Origin: Candidatus Heimdallarchaeota archaeon
GTDB lineage: Archaea > Asgardarchaeota > Heimdallarchaeia > JABLTI01
NCBI GenBank assembly: GCA_019058275.1
Contig: JAHLVW010000059.1
Span: 1 to 64,000, forward strand
Length of the DNA: 64,000 nucleotides
Reading direction: 5' to 3'
The notes below the pieces were generated by a model that made no database searches, was not told the DNA's origin, and worked only from the letters and a program-made list of their open reading frames with translations. Positions 51,769-63,235 of the stretch are shown here, piece by piece. The position numbers and the translations under genes were made by a program. Numbering within the stretch: position 1 is the first letter of the stretch; each line of letters starts with the position of its first letter.

Positions 51769-53319
51769 GTGAAGATAAATGAAATAATATGTGTGAGAAA
51801 AATGAGTTATGTTGAGAAGTCTGTTTATAGGTATTTACGAAGAATTGTTACTTCAGGTATTAAAGCACTTTTTACTCGAAAATTCCTAATTTACACAATA
51901 TTCTTTCTAGTAGTTATACTAACATCTACAATCACAGCATTAATGAGCAATCCAGATATTAATCTAACAATTTTTGGCATTCCCCCTGAAGATATGATTA
52001 ATTATATCTTTTATTTCGAATTAGCATTCGCTTTAGCATATATTCTAGTTGGTCTATTTTTGGCAAAAACACCCACCTATTTGCATATTCTTTTTGTATT
52101 AATAATAGCTGGAGGTTTAACTACTGGATTCTATTATATTGATAATATTGTAGTGATTGCCATTGTTGGGTTTGTAATGTTTGTTTTATGGATGCTAATA
52201 ACTATAGTTTCAACATATTCATTTAGCAAGAATCTATTTGGTAGCAGAATAACTGGAAGCATTTTATTCATGGGAAAAAAGGAAGGAGAAAGTGCTCTAT
52301 TCTCAGGTATTTTAACGCCACTAATCCTTGGTTGTATCGGATTAGATGGTTACATTCTATATCAAGGAATTGTAATGCCTTCTTGGCTATACATTTCAAC
52401 AGGATCTGTTGGAATAATAATGGGAGCATTTATTATCTTAGTGATTTGGCGATTGGCAAGAAAAAATGATGTTTACTATACCATTCTTTCCTTTTTCTAC
52501 ATTTTAACGAACACTCATGCAATTCAATTAGTTATTAGATTAGTAAAAGGAGATACTAATTACATAGCATGGTTAAATATTATAATTTCAGCCTTTTTCC
52601 TTTTGAACAGCATTTCAAAGTATTATCGGAAAGTAGAGAAGCTAGATGCTGACTTTCTTCCAAGACAAAATCTGGATGAAATAGTAGAAGAGCCAACTAA
52701 AAAGAAGAAATGGAGAAGAAAGGAAAGTGAACTAATTAAAGAGGAATTCTTCATTAGTGATGTTTTTAAATTTATTTCAGATCGAGGGGTAATAATGGGA
52801 ATTCTAGGTTTTGCGTTGGCTTATCATAGCATGATACTTCAAATAGGCTTTAACAGAGAGAATATCTCAGCAATCTTTGATATGATACCTGGTGGAATAG
52901 TACAAACTGCACATAGCATATCATTACTGTTTGCAGTAATAGTAGTAATTTTCAGCATTATCCTATATTACTCCAGCAATCGATTTAGAAATTATACCTC
53001 TCCAAAGATTTTCCGGTTGAATTTTCTCCCTCCATATGAAGATGTAGAGAGATTCGTCGTAGATGCAAGATCAGGCAATATCAATTGGACAATGTTTGCA
53101 CGAGATGCAACTATAAATCTAGCAAAGAAAGGATTAAGTGCTACAACAAGAATTAGTGTTTCAGCCAAAGAGCAATCAATAGATCTAGCTAAGAAGGGTA
53201 TTGATATAGTAAAGACCAAGGCTTCTACAACTATTGAGAAAGCAAAGAAATGGGGTCAAAAATTTATAAGTAGCTCAGATGAAACACATAAGGAAGAACA
53301 TGAAGAAGATGACTTTTAA
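51769..53319 (+). CDS. Multi-pass membrane hypothetical protein
   Basis: About ten hydrophobic helices and an amphipathic C-terminal tail. Confidence 0.65.
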   Translation: MKINEIICVRKMSYVEKSVYRYLRRIVTSGIKALFTRKFLIYTIFFLVVILTSTITALMSNPDINLTIFGIPPEDMINYIFYFELAFALAYILVGLFLAKTPTYLHILFVLIIAGGLTTGFYYIDNIVVIAIVGFVMFVLWMLITIVSTYSFSKNLFGSRITGSILFMGKKEGESALFSGILTPLILGCIGLDGYILYQGIVMPSWLYISTGSVGIIMGAFIILVIWRLARKNDVYYTILSFFYILTNTHAIQLVIRLVKGDTNYIAWLNIIISAFFLLNSISKYYRKVEKLDADFLPRQNLDEIVEEPTKKKKWRRKESELIKEEFFISDVFKFISDRGVIMGILGFALAYHSMILQIGFNRENISAIFDMIPGGIVQTAHSISLLFAVIVVIFSIILYYSSNRFRNYTSPKIFRLNFLPPYEDVERFVVDARSGNINWTMFARDATINLAKKGLSATTRISVSAKEQSIDLAKKGIDIVKTKASTTIEKAKKWGQKFISSSDETHKEEHEEDDF

Positions 53320-53345
53320 TTAAAATCTTTTAGGAATCGAAAAAA

Positions 53346-54335
53346 ATGAAAGTTTTAGTTATCCGATCAAGATTAGCTGAATTGTTAGAGAAACAAGAAA
53401 ATTTGCTCCCAGATAGCATTGAATTTGTTGTACCTGAAATTGGAGATGAGAAGGAATTAGTACAGCTAGCTAAGGATGTAGAGATAATAGTTTGTACTCG
53501 AATCTCTGAAGATGTTGTTAAAGCAGCAAAGAAGCTAAAATTCATTCAAAAAACTGGAGCAGGTGTAGATGCCATACCTTTCAATGTTATTCCTGAAGAT
53601 GTTTATGTAGCAAATACATCAGGGGCTAATCCTAGACCAATGGCTGAGGGAGCAATTGGTATGATTTTTGCACTAGCAAAGAAAATAGTTTATCGTCATA
53701 ATCTCTTTCCAGAAAGAAGTGCTGAAAGAGGAGTTGAACTATATGGTAAAAAAGTAGGAATAATTGGATTAGGAGCAATTGGAGTGGAGGTTGCTAAAAA
53801 ATTACAAGCCTTTGGTATGAACATTCTTGCAATTAAAAGACAACCAGAAAAGGAGTTAAAGGAAGAATTAAAGTTAGAATACTTAGGTAGTCCTGATGAT
53901 CTAAACCACGTTTTAAGAGAATCTGATTTTGTAGTTGTAACTACACCACTTACACCAGCTACTCGAGGTATGATTGGAGCGCAAGAGCTTGGCTTGATGA
54001 AACCCACTGCTTATATTGTGAATATTGCTCGTGCAGCGATCATTCAAGAAGAACCGCTATACAATGCTTTGAAAGAAAATCAAATTGCAGGAGCAGCACT
54101 AGATGTCTGGTGGATACCACATTGGTGGGATCCAAAATGGAAACCAGAAATTGATAAACCTTCAAGATATCCCATTTGGGAATTACCGAATGTTATAGTA
54201 ACTCCTCATAATATTGGTTTCACAAAAGACTCAGCAAAATCTGGAGTATCAGTACGAATAATGGCAGAAAATATCGGTCGTATTGCTGAAGGAAAGGTAC
54301 CTATTAAACTTGTAGATAAGGAACATGAGTATTGA
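53346..54335 (+). CDS. D-2-hydroxyacid dehydrogenase
   Basis: GIIGLGAIG, NIARA, ALDVW, TPH. Confidence 0.92.
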   Translation: MKVLVIRSRLAELLEKQENLLPDSIEFVVPEIGDEKELVQLAKDVEIIVCTRISEDVVKAAKKLKFIQKTGAGVDAIPFNVIPEDVYVANTSGANPRPMAEGAIGMIFALAKKIVYRHNLFPERSAERGVELYGKKVGIIGLGAIGVEVAKKLQAFGMNILAIKRQPEKELKEELKLEYLGSPDDLNHVLRESDFVVVTTPLTPATRGMIGAQELGLMKPTAYIVNIARAAIIQEEPLYNALKENQIAGAALDVWWIPHWWDPKWKPEIDKPSRYPIWELPNVIVTPHNIGFTKDSAKSGVSVRIMAENIGRIAEGKVPIKLVDKEHEY

Positions 54336-54404
54336 TGACTTTATTGGAAAGTGTTTATTTTTTTTCCCCTTTATTCAAAACAAAATGGGAAATACTTGGT
54401 TCTT

Positions 54405-54953
54405 CTACACAGAACTGACAATAGATTGACCAAGAGTAATTGCTTCATCCTTAAAATCTTCAAGTTTAGTTAAAGCACCAATCTCCAATACACCACTAGC
54501 AATTATTTTTCCCTTGTAAATCATTTTTCTATCATTGACTAGTTTCATTAATATATTTAGCATACAATTCAAAGTTTGATCGGTTTTTGATTCTGTTATT
54601 ATAGCAAAAACAACTCCTGTGTTTTCAAAAACCCCTTTTTCAGTAAGAACAACTCTGTCAAGAATTAATTTTAGAAAGGATGAAGTAAACCAATTACTGA
54701 TAGGTGTTCCAAAAACAATATTTTTAGCTTTTAAACCAGCATCTAATACAATGTTAATATCATCATTTAATATACAATTATCAGATTTCGTGCATCTAAG
54801 ACAATTAATGCATGGCCTAATGTTTAAATTGCTCAAAAGAATGTTTTCAACTTCCCCACCCATGTTTAGTACACCTTTCTCAATATAAGACAATAATGTG
54901 GTAGTGTTACCATCTATTCTAGGGCTGCCATTTAAAATTAGAACCTTAGACAT
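54405..54953 (-). CDS. Iron-sulfur flavoprotein / flavodoxin family
   Basis: GSPRIDGNT; CINCLRC-x5-C. Confidence 0.85.
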   Translation of the reverse strand: MSKVLILNGSPRIDGNTTTLLSYIEKGVLNMGGEVENILLSNLNIRPCINCLRCTKSDNCILNDDINIVLDAGLKAKNIVFGTPISNWFTSSFLKLILDRVVLTEKGVFENTGVVFAIITESKTDQTLNCMLNILMKLVNDRKMIYKGKIIASGVLEIGALTKLEDFKDEAITLGQSIVSSV

Positions 54954-55034
54954 TTATTACCCTCCATTATAATATAGGTAAAACAACTATGAAAACATTC
55001 TTCAAAAAAGATAAGAAAGGAGAATTATCTTTCT

Positions 55035-56111
55035 CTATTCCTCTGATTTTTCAACGATCTTTTTTCTTGTTAGTTTTTCTTTTAATTCATCCCTTTTTGA
55101 GATTATTCCAGCCTTTATTTCATCTGATTTATCATAAAGCGAATCTTTCAGAGCTTTTGAGGTTTCGCTAATGTTTACTTTTATTCGCTCTTTTGCTTTT
55201 AATCCTTCTTCAGGAACTACTGCTTCTAGGAAATTAATTGCACTAGAATGAACGTCACAAGGGTGAGAATATTTCTCAGAATTTGGTTTAAACCCATCAG
55301 TCCTTAACCAATCTTTTGCTTTTTTATAAGCTTCATTAATTAAATAATTCGATTTCGAAAAATCATGTGGACGAACATCAATACATTCTGGTGGAGGTAC
55401 TATCACCAACTCAACTTTATTTTTGTAGATCTGGATATCAGTTGCGAGCTGTCGATTAAGGAGATAAATGAAGCTTCGAATAAGTATTTCCATAACATTT
55501 TTTGGGTCTTGATCAGCAGAAGGAACACCAATTGGAAAAATTACCACACATTCAGCACCTAATTTTACAGCTGTTGAGATTGGTGTATTATTAACTAATG
55601 CTCCATCAACCATTGCACGATCTTCCATATGTTGTGGTGGGAATACTCCGGGTATTCCAACACTTGCCATCAAAGCTTCTATCAAAAGTCCCTTATCAAA
55701 AACGACTTCTTCGCTACATTTGATGTCAGTACTAATAATATATAATGGAAGTTTTGTTTCTTCTATTCGCTCAAATGGAATCTTCTCGGTAATTAGCTTG
55801 CGTAAATTCTTAGGCGACACTAAATAATGACCAAAAGTAGAAAGACTTACAACAGGAGTGATTGGAGATGGTGTAAAAACGTTCCATACTTTGATATTAC
55901 GCCAAATCTAATCGATGACTTCTACACCTTCAAAAGTTGGATTGTAAGCATACATTGCACTAATTAAACTACCTACTAATGTTCCTAAAACTAAATCTGT
56001 TTGTATTTTTTGTTCTACTAAAGCCTTTAAAGCACCTAATTCCACTGCACCTAAACTAGCTCCTCCTGAAAAAACAAAAGCAGTCTTTGGGTTATTCGAA
56101 CGTTCTTTCAT
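55035..56111 (-). pseudogene. Patatin-like phospholipase, disrupted
   Basis: FSGGASLG and DGA motifs; in-frame TAG at 55908-10; catalytic GxSxG reads GTLVG. Confidence 0.85.
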
Positions 56112-56222
56112 AAAAATTAATTTGGATTGATTATTTAATAAGATTCTTTCAAATTTTTCATTTAGTGAGATAAATTAAGAGCAGTTATATTCATATAAAC
56201 AACTCCTTTATCAAGGAAGGAA

Positions 56223-56937
56223 TCATTTCATTACATCTTTAGATGAAAATTGAGACCAAACTTTGGCTTTACCAGCTTTTATCTTTTTGAACTCAGGTAA
56301 ATATCTAAGCAGAATGATAACTAAGATTCCAAATCCATAAAGAATTGTAAAGGGTATACCAAAACCAGAATTATCCAAAAGATATGGATGAGGTATGGGC
56401 TGTATAATCTGAGAGCTAGGACCAATCAAATCAATTATGAAGAACAAGGGGGAAATGAATGAAACACCCCAAACTGATCCAAATCCTGCGTAACCGGATA
56501 GTAGGCTCAGTAGTGTTATTAGAATTGGGAAGATGAAAGGACCAAAGGGCCAATAGAAAAATAATAAAGTACCACCCATTGTAGCTAATCCTTTTCCACC
56601 TTTAAAACCTAAATAAGGCATCCAACAATGACTAGCAACAGCCAGCTAAAGCTGTTTAAACAACTAGATAATCTATGTATGGATGATCATAAAAAAGTGC
56701 AAATTCAACTATTACACAAGCAATAGCACCTTTCATAAAATCAATTGCACCATTTAATAATCCCCATGGCCAAAAACCTGCAGCTCGGATAACATTTCTA
56801 GTACTAACAGAACCCGATCCAAATTCACGTGGATCAATTTTCTTAACAGCTTTACAGATAATAAATGCAGTTGGAAAGCCACCTAAAACTATACCAATTA
56901 ATGGTGCTACAAAAAATTGCCAAACGACTGTTGCCAT
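56223..56937 (-). pseudogene. plsY: Second plsY paralogue, disrupted
   Basis: Clearly paralogous to 40574..41308; TAA at 56656-58 (Leu in the paralogue) plus a +1 frameshift at ~56642. Confidence 0.85.
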
Positions 56938-56957
56938 TGATTATTCCTCGCATTACC

Positions 56958-57856
56958 TTAAAGTTGTTTTTTTGCATCTAGTAACCAATTTTTGTCAAAT
57001 GATCCAATATATCCGAAAGTTAAGGCTTTTTTACCAACAAAATTAGCAACAATTGCTCCTGTTTCTTGAATTATAATTTTCATTTTTCTAGAATTATTTT
57101 CTTCAAGATGCTTTGCTATAATTTCTGCTGCTTCAGGCCAACGACTATGTCCAATGAAAATATGATTAGCATCATCGATTAGATTATCAAGAACGTGACA
57201 ACCATATTTCTTCATTTGATTAATGATGTGTTGATCATTTGCACGAATTTTGTCTTGAATTGAAACTTGCCCATCAACAAATTAAACAATGGGTTTTATT
57301 TTGAAGAAATCCACTAGATATTTCTTTGTTTTTGGTACCCTGCCAGTTCGCACTAAATTTTCGAGTGTAAACATAATCCCTGCGTAGTTAACATGCTCTA
57401 TCCATTCTTTGATTTTTATATTTAATTCTTCAAATGAACATCCATTTTCTATTAGCAATAAAGATTCTAAAACTAAAGCAGCTAAAGCAACACCGGTTAC
57501 CTTGGAATCATAAATTCGGATATTCTTATCTGGAAAATTTTGATTAATAACAATTTGTGAGCTAGGAGCAATAGGTGAAAGATGTTTTGAGAGAAATATT
57601 CCAATTACAGAATCGGCTTCTTGTAAAGCTGTCTCAAAAATTTATGAATTAAACCAGGTGAAGGTGTTGATGTTGTTGGGAGCTCTGATTCAGCTCGGGT
57701 ATAATATTCATCTAATGATAATTCACCAGTTACACCGCAAGAAGAAAACACTTTGTCTGGAAAAATAACTTTAGTAGGAATAATAGTAAGGTTAAATTTT
57801 TCTATATATTCTTTTGGCAAATCACAAGTATCATCCGTTACGATAGCTATTGTCAT
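56958..57856 (-). pseudogene. DegV/FakB fatty-acid-binding protein, disrupted
   Basis: IVTDDTCDL, PTTSTPSPG, IYDSK, LENLVRTGRV, IKPI; frameshift at ~57636-42 and in-frame TAA at 57282-84. Confidence 0.85.
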
Positions 57857-58215
57857 GAGAGTAATTCTCCTAATTGTTGGAAATAATTAAAAACAATCTA
57901 AGATCGATTAGATTAATTATTTAATAATAAAAAAAGCATATAAAAATTGCTTCTATAATCATTATTTAATCTTGTACTAATAGGAATAAAAATGTGATAC
58001 TCATAACGAAAATTGATTTCGATTCAACGACCACTGAACAGATTATTATCTTACTTATTCAAAAAATACTTCTCAATTTAATATATACAAAGTTGTCTCA
58101 TAACCTAATTTTGTTAATCACAATCCAATCTGCAAATTTGGATTTATAGAATTAAATTATGAGTATATTTTCTTTATATTCTACAAATCCAGAGTTAAAT
58201 AATGATTTATTATGA

Positions 58216-59406
58216 ATGAAAATTATTGACTCATATTTGAATGAATTTAGATTTGAAAAAATACAATCTGAAACGAGGATGAGTTGCTTGAGGATTCACT
58301 TAATAAGATGCATTAAAACAGCAATTGTATTAGTATTAACAACTGTTTTTGTCACAGCTCCATTTGTTAATTGCACAGCTATAGAAAAACGAATGCTATT
58401 GAATGAGATAGGTTCTATTGATACTAATGGTGAAGCAATGAATGTTGTCTTAAATGGAGAAGTAGCTTTTGTTTTAGATACTGCAGATAATAATCCTGGT
58501 GGGTTGGTTATAATCGATGTATCAGATCCAACAAATCCAGTGAAATTAGCATCTTTCTATGATGGAGGGGAACCCAAGGAATTAGCCATAAAAGATGATT
58601 TGGTATTCGTTGCTGATAGTACAGATGGATTAGAGATTCTAAATATATCGGATTTAGAGAATCCCTATGAAATTTATCAATATCCTGTTAATCAATTTTC
58701 AAGTGATGTTGAAGTTATTGATAATTTATTATTCGCAGCTAATTGGGATTTAGGATTTGAAATCTTTAATATCACAAATCCTAACAGTCCCGTTAAAATC
58801 ACACAATATAATGATAATTCGCTTAATTGTGTTCAACTTGACATAAAAGGTGATATTGCTTGTATTAGTGATCATAGAAATGACTATACAAGTCTAAGGA
58901 TATTAAACATTTCAAACCCAAATTCACCTCAGTTATTATCAACTTTTTCACCAGCAAATGTTGATTTTTGGGATCCGAAAATATATGGGAACCATATCTA
59001 TGTAGGAAATCATCAATTAAATGCCGGTGAATTGCAAGTACTCGATATAACTGATCCTACTAGCATTATGAAAATAGGAGAATTTGATGATGGCGGTAGT
59101 ATCTATTCTATCAATTTCAATAATAGCCTAGGTTTCGTTGCTGATTATGATGATGGTGTAGAAGTACTAGATATTAAAAATCCAACAAATCCTATTGAGA
59201 TAGGTGAATATTATGACGGAGGACATGCAAAGGAGATTGTAGTAAAAGATAATTTATTATTTGTTGCTGATCGAGATGATGGTTTAGAAATATTACAAGC
59301 AGAAATCTCTACTGATGCAGTTCCAGGTTTTAAGTTTCAAATAATACTTTTCTCATTTCCTCTCATAGTTTTTCTATATGTTAAGAGAAATCGATCAAAA
59401 GAATGA
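58216..59406 (+). CDS. LVIVD-repeat beta-propeller surface protein with PGF-CTERM-like anchor
   Basis: Repeats of GLVIIDVSDP/GLEILNISD; C-terminal VPGF, TM helix, KRNRSKE. Confidence 0.85.
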   Translation: MKIIDSYLNEFRFEKIQSETRMSCLRIHLIRCIKTAIVLVLTTVFVTAPFVNCTAIEKRMLLNEIGSIDTNGEAMNVVLNGEVAFVLDTADNNPGGLVIIDVSDPTNPVKLASFYDGGEPKELAIKDDLVFVADSTDGLEILNISDLENPYEIYQYPVNQFSSDVEVIDNLLFAANWDLGFEIFNITNPNSPVKITQYNDNSLNCVQLDIKGDIACISDHRNDYTSLRILNISNPNSPQLLSTFSPANVDFWDPKIYGNHIYVGNHQLNAGELQVLDITDPTSIMKIGEFDDGGSIYSINFNNSLGFVADYDDGVEVLDIKNPTNPIEIGEYYDGGHAKEIVVKDNLLFVADRDDGLEILQAEISTDAVPGFKFQIILFSFPLIVFLYVKRNRSKE

Positions 59407-59410
59407 AATT

Positions 59411-61222
59411 CTAATCAGAAAACACTTCACTTATCTCAGAAATCCATTCAGCAGACTGGTGTTTGAAGTAGGTTTCATAAAGCTCAGAGTAAAGACCACC
59501 ATTGCTCATTAAATCGTCATGGTTTCCTTCTTCAACAATTTTACCCTTATCAAGAACTATTATCCTGTCAGAATTCTTAATAGTAGTTAATCGGTGAGCA
59601 ATAACTATTGAGGTTCTATTAGCAAGAAGTTTATCAAGTGCATCTTGGATTTTTGATTCTGTGTAAGCATCCACAGCTGCAGTAGCTTCATCAAGAATCA
59701 GGATTTTTGGGTCTGTTAACAATGTTCTAGCAAACGAGATCATCTGTCTTTGTCCCGCTGAAAGACCTTTTCCTCGCTCACCTAATTCTGTTTCCAAACC
59801 ATCAGGTAAAGCATCAATAAACTCTTGAGCGGAGACAATGCCAATTACTTTTTCAACTTCTTTATTTGAAGCATCTGGTTTTCCAAATCTAATATTATCA
59901 AGTACTGTTCCACTGAATAGAAAAACATCTTGACCTACTAAACCAATTTGGGATCTAAGGTCTTGTAAGTCATAGTCTCGAATATCAATATTATCAATTT
60001 TGATTGACCCACCATTTATATCGTAAAATCTCATGAGTAATGAAGCAATAGTTGTTTTTCCCGCACCAGTTTCACCTACTATAGCAATTGATTCTCCTGG
60101 TTTAATATCAAGGTTAATATTTTTCAAAACAGGTTCATTTGGTTCATACTCATGATAAACTTGATCGAAGGTGATATGTCCTGTTACTTTCTCAAAAACT
60201 GGTTTCTCTGGATTTTTCACCACTTTTTCAGCATCTATAATACTGAATATTCTCTCCATTGCAGCAAATCCACTTTGTATTGTTGATATTTGTGAAGCAA
60301 CTCTTGCAAGAGGATATAGAAACCTGTTCAATAACAGAATGAAGAAGATGATTGTTGAAGTTGAGGTTATACCTTCGAATACTAACCAACTGCCAAATAG
60401 ATTAATACCAAATATTCCTAGAACACTAATACCATCCATTACTGGCCATATACCTGAAAGTGCAAATGCTCTTTTCTTTGCATAAAGAAATGTAGTATCG
60501 TTAATTACTTCGAATTCTTCTTTGGATTTTTCTTCTCTACCGAAAGCTTTAGCTACTGATATCCCTGAAACACTTTCTTGAAATGATGCATTTACTTGAC
60601 CTATTGCTGCTCTCCATTTACCACTAGTTCTTCTAGTAAATCTCCTAAACAGAAATGCAGCTGCAAAAACAATTGGTCCCATACCTAAAGCTATGAGCGA
60701 TAGCTGCCAATTAACGTAAAACATAATCCCAAGTACTGAAAATACAATAACAAAATTCGAAATAAACTGAGCAACAACATTGATCATGTCATTTAATTCT
60801 TGCGAGTCATTTGTCAAACGTGACATTATTTCCCCAGTAGCTTGTTTATCAAAGAACCCTAAATCATGTTCTTGCAAACTCTCATATGTATCCATCTGGA
60901 TTCGTTGTATGATTTTTTGCGTGACAATTGTTACTAGAATATTCTGAACTACTTGAAGTACCCATAATATTATTGATAGTCCAACATAAGCAATAGCATA
61001 TGATGCTACAGCTATCCATTCCCCACTCTCCTCTAAAAGATTAAAAGCTCTTTCTACCATTAATGGAGGAACAATACTTATTCCAGATATCGCTAGAACA
61101 AGTAAAATGATGAACACTAATTGTAATTTGTATGCAGTCAAATATCTCCAGAAACGACCAATTAGCTCTCTATCGGAATATATCATGGTATATTCATCTT
61201 TTAGAGTCCTTGTTTCTGTCAT
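59411..61222 (-). CDS. ABC exporter subunit (fused TMD-NBD)
   Basis: GETGAGKT, degenerate LSAGQ signature, LDEAT. Confidence 0.93.
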   Translation of the reverse strand: MTETRTLKDEYTMIYSDRELIGRFWRYLTAYKLQLVFIILLVLAISGISIVPPLMVERAFNLLEESGEWIAVASYAIAYVGLSIILWVLQVVQNILVTIVTQKIIQRIQMDTYESLQEHDLGFFDKQATGEIMSRLTNDSQELNDMINVVAQFISNFVIVFSVLGIMFYVNWQLSLIALGMGPIVFAAAFLFRRFTRRTSGKWRAAIGQVNASFQESVSGISVAKAFGREEKSKEEFEVINDTTFLYAKKRAFALSGIWPVMDGISVLGIFGINLFGSWLVFEGITSTSTIIFFILLLNRFLYPLARVASQISTIQSGFAAMERIFSIIDAEKVVKNPEKPVFEKVTGHITFDQVYHEYEPNEPVLKNINLDIKPGESIAIVGETGAGKTTIASLLMRFYDINGGSIKIDNIDIRDYDLQDLRSQIGLVGQDVFLFSGTVLDNIRFGKPDASNKEVEKVIGIVSAQEFIDALPDGLETELGERGKGLSAGQRQMISFARTLLTDPKILILDEATAAVDAYTESKIQDALDKLLANRTSIVIAHRLTTIKNSDRIIVLDKGKIVEEGNHDDLMSNGGLYSELYETYFKHQSAEWISEISEVFSD

Positions 61223-61223
61223 G

Positions 61224-62978
61224 TTAATTGCCCTCCATTTCTATCATCGGTGGTAGTTCTGAAAATCTCTCAAATAAACGTCTATAATCGATGTTTCTAA
61301 GAATGAGTTCAGAATGGGTACCGTTATCCATAAGTACACCATTTCGTAAAACGATAATTAGGTCAGCATTTTTGATGGTTGCTAATCTATGGGTTATGAT
61401 AAAAGTGGTTCTATTTCGCAAAACATTTGCAATAGCTGTTTGAATTTTCCTTTCTGTTTCAGCATCGATAGCACTACTTGCATCATCTAAAACCAAAATA
61501 GCTGGGTTAACTAATAATGCTCTAGCAATAGCTATTCTCTGTTTTTGTCCACCCGAAAGCGTAACGCCTCTTTCACCTACTATTGTATCATAACCATATT
61601 CAAAAAATAGGATAAAATCATGAGCTTGGGCTAACTTTGCTGCAGTCTCAATCTCTTCTTGTCTTGCATCTGGTTTACCATAAGCTATGTTATCTCGTAT
61701 CGTTTTACTAAACAGAAAAAGCTCTTGTTCGATTACTCCAATATTATCCCTTAGATTTGACAAATTCATTTCTTTAATATTTATACCATCAATATGTATT
61801 GTTCCATCGGTAGGATCATATAACCTCATTAGTAATTTAATTAACGTTGATTTTCCGGAACCTGGATTGCCAATTATAGCTACATTTGCTCCTTCAGGAA
61901 CTTCAAAATCTATCCCTTTTAACGCCATTCTTCTGCTGCTTTTTCCGTTAAATGAAAAGGATACATTTTCAAACTTAATATTACCTTTCTTCTCTACCCA
62001 ATCAATTGGTTTATCAGGATTTGGAACATATTCTTCTCTTTCTTTCATTTCATGAATTCTCTTAGCTGCAGCCATTCCTATTTGGAATTGAGTTATTGTC
62101 CAACCAAATTGCCATGTAGGCATATTCAAAGTCATCATTAGCATTACAAAAGTAACTAAATCACCAAGAGACAAGTTTCCTTGTGATACCTCGTATGCAC
62201 CCCAAAAAAAGCTAATTGCTATCAGGAAAATGGTTATTACAATAGCATAATATCTTGCACTAATTATTCCTCGACGAGTATTTATTTCTCTCAGTTTCTC
62301 AGTTTCATTATCGAATTGATTAATTTCCGATTCTTCTTTTACAAATGCTCTTACAACTCGTATTCCAGTAATACTTTCTTGCAAACGAACATTTAAGAGA
62401 CTATTTTGTTCCATTTGTGCTTTTGAGATTGGCCTTAATCTTCTATTGTAATCCCAAATTGTAATAATGTAGAAGGGAAGAGCCCCAGCTATAAGGAGGG
62501 TTAATTTAGGGCTGATCCAGATCATTAACGAAACTGAAAAGATTACAGTAAAGAAGGCTTCAAATAGAAATTTCAGTCCAGGAGCGATAAAGATATTCAT
62601 CTGTCGTGTATCATATGTGGCTCTTGCCATCATATCACCAATTTTAACACGGTCATGGAATTCTTGGCTCTTTTTTAACATATCATCATAAAATTCTTCT
62701 GTGACGTTTTTTGTCACTTTATGGGCTATTACTTCATTAGTATAACTTTGGATATAATCACCTAATGTTCTACCGATACCAGCTATGGCAATGAACAATG
62801 ATGTCATAATAATAATAGTAAATGATCTATCTGGTTTAGCTAATTCATCGAATATATTACCAATTAATAATGGTGTAAATGAAACTGTACCAATGAATAA
62901 CATGAGAAATATTAACATTCGTAGAAATAGCCACTTTTCTCTAAGAATGTGCTTAGCAAACCATTTTTTGTAACCCAT
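61224..62978 (-). CDS. ABC exporter subunit (fused TMD-NBD), heterodimer partner
   Basis: GNPGSGKS, LSGGQ, degenerate Walker B LDDAS, as in TM287/288-type asymmetric exporters. Confidence 0.93.
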   Translation of the reverse strand: MGYKKWFAKHILREKWLFLRMLIFLMLFIGTVSFTPLLIGNIFDELAKPDRSFTIIIMTSLFIAIAGIGRTLGDYIQSYTNEVIAHKVTKNVTEEFYDDMLKKSQEFHDRVKIGDMMARATYDTRQMNIFIAPGLKFLFEAFFTVIFSVSLMIWISPKLTLLIAGALPFYIITIWDYNRRLRPISKAQMEQNSLLNVRLQESITGIRVVRAFVKEESEINQFDNETEKLREINTRRGIISARYYAIVITIFLIAISFFWGAYEVSQGNLSLGDLVTFVMLMMTLNMPTWQFGWTITQFQIGMAAAKRIHEMKEREEYVPNPDKPIDWVEKKGNIKFENVSFSFNGKSSRRMALKGIDFEVPEGANVAIIGNPGSGKSTLIKLLMRLYDPTDGTIHIDGINIKEMNLSNLRDNIGVIEQELFLFSKTIRDNIAYGKPDARQEEIETAAKLAQAHDFILFFEYGYDTIVGERGVTLSGGQKQRIAIARALLVNPAILVLDDASSAIDAETERKIQTAIANVLRNRTTFIITHRLATIKNADLIIVLRNGVLMDNGTHSELILRNIDYRRLFERFSELPPMIEMEGN

Positions 62979-63235
62979 TTTTACAACCTTAAACTTAAGC
63001 CATCATTATTTGTAGATTTATAAAAATCCTTCAATGTCTTTTGAATGCTCAATTAGGATTGAAAAAGATTATTTATCTTTTTAATACTTTCCGTTTAAAT
63101 CGATTCTTTAAAAATTTAATAAAGAAAAGCTTAATATTCTTTCAAATAAACAGCAGATATAATTGACCACACAATTCCGATAGTATACTATTTGATTAAT
63201 TTCTAACTACATTTAGGTTTGAAGAGGTTAAATGG

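Noticed and set aside
59411-62978. Degenerate ABC motifs as a novelty
   Set aside because: The LSAGQ and LDD pairing is the normal degenerate site of heterodimeric exporters.
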